Assembly (NCBI RefSeq): GCF_037042905.1
Contig: NC_087263.1
Location: forward strand, 15,750,001-15,790,492
Direction of reading: 5' to 3'
Origin: Lytechinus pictus
Lineage: Eukaryota
DNA: 40,492 nt
The position numbers were made by a program, and so were the translations under genes. The notes beneath the pieces are model-generated. The model made no database searches. It was given only the letters and a program-made list of their open reading frames with translations, and was not told the DNA's origin. Below are positions 36,300 through 40,492 of this stretch, piece after piece; the stretch's first letter is position 1; every line of letters starts with the position of its first letter.

Positions 36300-36450
36300 G
36301 GAAGCATCGTGATCTAGTGGTTCTGACTCCTGACTTTTAAACAGTGGGTCATGGGTTCAAATCAAGGCCATGATGTTAATCTCCTTCAAAATTATTTGTC
36401 ATTAGTGTGCTGCACTTAACTCTTGTGAGGTGAATTGGGTATGGCAAGAT
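36300..36450 (+). mobile_element. Degenerate tRNA-derived SINE head (same family as 6600-6853)
   Basis: A-box-like TGATCTAGTGG, GACTTTTAAACAG, B-box-like GGTTCAAATC, then TGTGCTGCACTT...GTGAGGTGAA. Confidence 0.75.
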
Positions 36451-36699
36451 CAATGTCTGTGAATGTACTCTGATAAGATTAGATTTGCATATGATATTTG
36501 TATTAATCATTAATTCAATATTTACAGATTTGAAATGCTGGGTAGAAAGTCTCTTTTTTACAGATATTTTTTCAGTGAAAATTAGCCATGATGAAAAGAA
36601 AACGGTGCAGCACATTATTTTCCTATCTAGTGGTCTTTATTGTGAAGAGAATGCTCATATTATAAAATGCGAAAATGGTTTCACACTAAAGAGAGACAT

Positions 36700-37995
36700 C
36701 CACAGTGTCAGAGTTCAGTTTGTTCCCATAGTGGACTGTGTGAAAATCTTATTCTTTAAATGCTGACATTTCACAGTGCAAGAATCATAATGTTATATTT
36801 GAGCATTTAACAGTATGAAGATGAATTCACATTATGTTCCACTATGTGAACCAACTGTGGAACATTGTTTTTTTCAGAATGGATTAGCCAAAATTCACAC
36901 TGTGGACTCTTTGAATGACTGATTAACAATGTTAAATTTGAGTATTTGTTAGTGAATATGATTCCATATTGTGTTCCACACTGAGAACACACTGTGCAAC
37001 ACTGTGTTCTTTTTGGCAAGAATTTGCCAAAGTTTACATCGTGGACTCTGTGAATATTATACTCATTGAGTTGAATTTGAGCATTTAACAGTGAAGACTG
37101 TACACTGGGAATACCATGAACACACTGTTCCAGCCTTTAAACACACTGTTCTTTCCTGCATGAATAGGCCAAAATGCAATTTTACAGTTTCACACTGTGT
37201 TCCAGCCTTTTAACACACTGTTCTTTCCTGCATGAATAGGCCAAAATACAATTTTCCAGTTTCACCAAAATTTAAAGAATTAAACAGTGTCCAAATGATT
37301 TCACATTGTATTCCTCACCAGGAGCATGCTTTGAACACACTGTGGCACACTGAACAGATGGGAACAAATTGTGGCACCCTGGGGACACTGACCACATTGT
37401 AAACGCACTATGAACACATGATGAACACGCTACGACACTGAACACATAGGAATACATTGTGGCACTCTGGGGATAATGACCACATTGTAAACACACTATG
37501 AACACATGATGAATACACTTTGACAATGAACACACAGGAACATATTGTGGCACCCTGGGGACACTGACTACATTGTAAACACAAGTTAAACAATGATGAA
37601 CACACTGGGACACTGAACACACAGGGATACACTGTCGGACTCTGAATACACGGGCACACTGTTGCACACTGGACACTCTGTTGCACACTGGACACTCTGT
37701 GAACACACTGTAGGACACTGAACACAATGTGAACAAACTGGAACACTGAACACACAGGGATACACTGTCGGACTCTGAACACACTGGCACAATGTGGGAC
37801 ACTAAACACACTGTGAATACACTTTGGGGCACTGAACACACCTTGAACCTTGAAGAAGTACTCTCCCAAACCTCCACAGTGTGGAAGAAGTCTCTTCCAC
37901 ACTGTGGAACAATGAACACAGTGTGAACACACTGGGACAAACTGTGGGACACTGAACACACTGTGAACACACTGAGGGGCACTGAACACACTCTA
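36700..37995. repeat. ACACACTG-based complex satellite; degenerate left part, dense core 37325-37995
   Basis: GAACACACTG / GGACACTGAACAC motifs repeated; ~70-bp tandem duplication at about 37122-37265. Confidence 0.9.
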
Positions 37996-38059
37996 TACTG
38001 TACATACATGTAAGGGATTAGCAAGGAGTGTCTGTGACATAACCCAAGTATCATCAAAG

Positions 38060-38640
38060 TGCAATGTCCTCTGGAGTCTACAACCGAAAAACAAATGTTT
38101 CCTCAACTGTTGTGGAAGGAGGGGGACGGGGTCAGATAATAGGATGGGGGTGGAGGTGATATTGGCATTTCAAATTGAAATGTCACTCTGAGTGACCAGT
38201 AACTAAATAATTTTCTGACAGGACATTTTCTTCATACCACTAAGTAAAGGGTCTTTTATGCAATGTAAAACTGAAAAGAATTGACGACTCTTCCACTTGT
38301 TTGGAAGGAGAAGGACGAATGGAGTGAAGCGAGGGCAGAATATAATAGGATGGGGGGGGGGGGGTGGAATTGCATTTTGAATTGAAATGTCACTCATAGG
38401 TGAACAGTGACTATTTGATAATTTTCTGACTTAACATATTACCACAGTTTGTAGGTGAATTGACTTCTGCAATGTACAACTTTAAAAAAAGTTGATGACT
38501 CTTCCACTTGTTTGGAAGGCGAAGGACGAAATGAGGGGGACGGGGTCAGATAATAGGAAAGGGGTGTAGGTGAAATCAGCGTTTTGAATTGATATGTCAC
38601 CATTGACCACAAATTGATTCTTTTCTGACTGGACATTTCC
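38060..38640. repeat. Three degenerate tandem copies of a ~200-bp unit
   Basis: GGAAGG...ATAATAGGA...ATTGAAATGTCACT...ATTTTCTGAC recurs at about 38113, 38303 and 38514. Confidence 0.85.
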
Positions 38641-38980
38641 TATCTATCTTCATACCAGTGTTTGTCATCGCGTTCAGTAATTAGGTTGGAAACCCTCTGG
38701 TTGCCGAGCTATCAACACCAACTCCCTGTTCTAGCTGGTCCCTGAATGAGGGGGTTGCTGCCAACTTGTACTTTCGGAGAACAGAGTTTGGCTCGTTGAT
38801 CCACTGTTTGATAGTAATGTTATGGACAATTCCATAAAATAGTAATCCTTTTTGTTTGTTGACCCACATTTTTCTTCTTTCTTACTTCACATCATGAAAT
38901 GCAATGTTAATTGAGAGCATTACAACTTATCATACAAACTAGAAAACAGTCATATTGTGGGCGATTCCCTAAAATGATTC

Positions 38981-39601
38981 CATGACATTTGCTCTGGCGA
39001 CAATTTCTCTGCTCTAAGTTCCACTCACCAATTGAATGACCCACTTCAACCTTGGGTTTATTAGTATACCCTTCCCTAAGCCTAACCGTAAACCTAACAT
39101 AAAACCATATTGCAACCCTAACTCTACATACATCTTAAGGCGACCGCACACCTTACGACTGGTATGCGACCCGATTTTGGAACAAATCGCATTTTGCTCA
39201 TTTACTGAAGATGTGAATGGAACATATCATTTTATTTGAGGTTAAAATTAATTGAAATAATAATATTATAACCCTTTTGAAAGATTGCAAGCCCTTATTT
39301 TGGAGTAAAGACCAAATTAGTTTCAAATCGTAGCCAATCGTACGACTGCTATGACGTCATTACGACTAGATATTAAATTCGCTTTTATTCTAAGAAGGAT
39401 GATTGAATAGTCACAAATTTGATCATAGCTTTTGGTACGATGATTTAGAACATTACACAGTAAGATTTTCCAAGTCTCAATATTAGCATCAAATTCTACT
39501 ACATTTTATTCTGAAATCGGGTCGCAGACCAATCGTAAGGTGTGCGGTCGCCATTAGACGAAATTAAGCCTGGAGCAGTAGTTGCAGGAGCAAATGTCGT
39601 G
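38981..39601. mobile_element. CCTAAC-rich MITE interrupted by a Harbinger-like MITE
   Basis: TIR CATGACATTTGCTC / GAGCAAATGTCGTG; internal CCTAAC-like repeats. Confidence 0.75.
39138..39553. mobile_element. PIF/Harbinger-like MITE, about 42-bp TIR
   Basis: GGCGACCGCACACCTTACGACTGGTATGCGACCCGATTT / AAATCGGGTCGCAGACCAATCGTAAGGTGTGCGGTCGCC; TTA at 39135-39137 and 39554-39556 in a C-TTA-G context. Confidence 0.9.
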
Positions 39602-39665
39602 TCACCCCAATATTTCACCTTTTTTTGTCTAGCACCTACATGCAAATATCTATATATATTTCCTT

Positions 39666-39876
39666 GTGACATGACATTTGCTCCTGTGACAACTGCTTGT
39701 ACAGCTTTATTTCATCAAAGATGGCGGGTTAGGGTTACAATAGGGTTTACTGTTAGGTGAAGGGTGAGAATTAGGGTAGGGCATAGTATTAAATCTAGGG
39801 CTGCAGATTTGCAGTAGACATTTGATTAGTGTGTTGAATTTATACTGGAGCAATTGTCGCCAGAGCAAATGTGATG
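39666..39876. mobile_element. Second copy of the CCTAAC-rich MITE, inverted
   Basis: CATGACATTTGCTCC...GTTAGGGTT...GAGCAAATGTGATG. Confidence 0.75.
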
Positions 39877-40117
39877 GATCCAAATTCCAAGCATGTGTTT
39901 ATATCTGCATCTCTTGAAAATGTCAGTAATAATAGACAAAGTGGTCAAATGGTTTCCACTTAACTGGTCTAAGAATGTAGATGGGTCTGTGACGGTCTGT
40001 GGTCTGTTGCTACCAATCATCCCACCTGTTTGATGAGGACGTGATTATTTTATGAGGTCTAATTAGTACATGAGGGGCACCTTGTCTGACCCATCTCTAT
40101 CTTGATTCAGCGTAAGG

Positions 40118-40492
40118 TTGAATGAATTTGAATGAATGAATTTATTTATTATCCAATGCAATGATAATACCAATTTACAAGTTTACAGCCAATCAGTTAA
40201 TGAATACATAGAAAAGCAAGGATAATAGGAACCAGAAAATAGCATGAATGCTAGTCAAGTCTGCCCCCTTCTAGTTTAGGCAGATAGAAACATGTTTCTT
40301 AACTTGTTAGTTAAGACTGAACAATCGTGAGTCTACTAAATATACTCTGTAATATATATAAACAATGACTACATAACAATTTAACAAAAACTAACAGTAT
40401 TTACATATGAAAGATATCTAGATGATAACAAAAATACCATATAGATGATAACAAAAATTCATTTTTCCAACAGATGTTCAACAACAGCTTTA
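40118..40492 (-). mobile_element. Possible LINE 3'UTR remnant running off the window
   Basis: Minus strand: T-rich UTR, hairpin CTAGCATTCATGCTA, AATAAATAAA and (TTCA)n tail. Confidence 0.35.

Noticed and set aside
37272..38057. 261-aa and 193-aa Cys/Val/Ser-rich ORFs on the minus strand
   Set aside because: Overlapping frames are open only because the ACACACTG satellite lacks stops; no domain or splice support
39070..39790. Interstitial telomeric repeat
   Set aside because: CCTAAC/TTAGGG words are scattered, degenerate and enclosed by MITE TIRs

Overview
AT-rich eukaryotic (animal) genomic DNA with no convincing multi-codon protein-coding exon; the ORFs in the track trace to microsatellites, minisatellites, MITEs or apparently random sequence. 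The repeat landscape (tRNA-derived SINEs, many TTAA- and TWA-flanked MITEs, long poly-G/C tracts, ATC/AAT microsatellites) looks like a sea urchin genome, possibly Lytechinus-like (inference from pattern recall, not a database search). Likely architecture: intergenic DNA at 1-9.8 kb; a CpG-rich promoter and non-coding first exon of a + strand gene at about 9.85-10.19 kb (GTAAGT donor at 10189); then a long, CpG-depleted intronic gene body to the end of the window. The body holds one candidate 63-nt exon ending in ATG-G (21173-21235) and several CpG-retaining unique islands that may be enhancers. About 20 non-autonomous DNA transposons can be delimited by TIRs, many also by TSDs, and several are nested. 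The most interesting signal is that the recurrent palindromic octamers TAGGCCTA and TACATGTA can be shown, by comparing repeat copies within the window, to be 6-bp insertions at TA sites, as expected for excision footprints of TA-targeting transposons. I found no CRISPR array, autonomous transposase or new protein-coding system.
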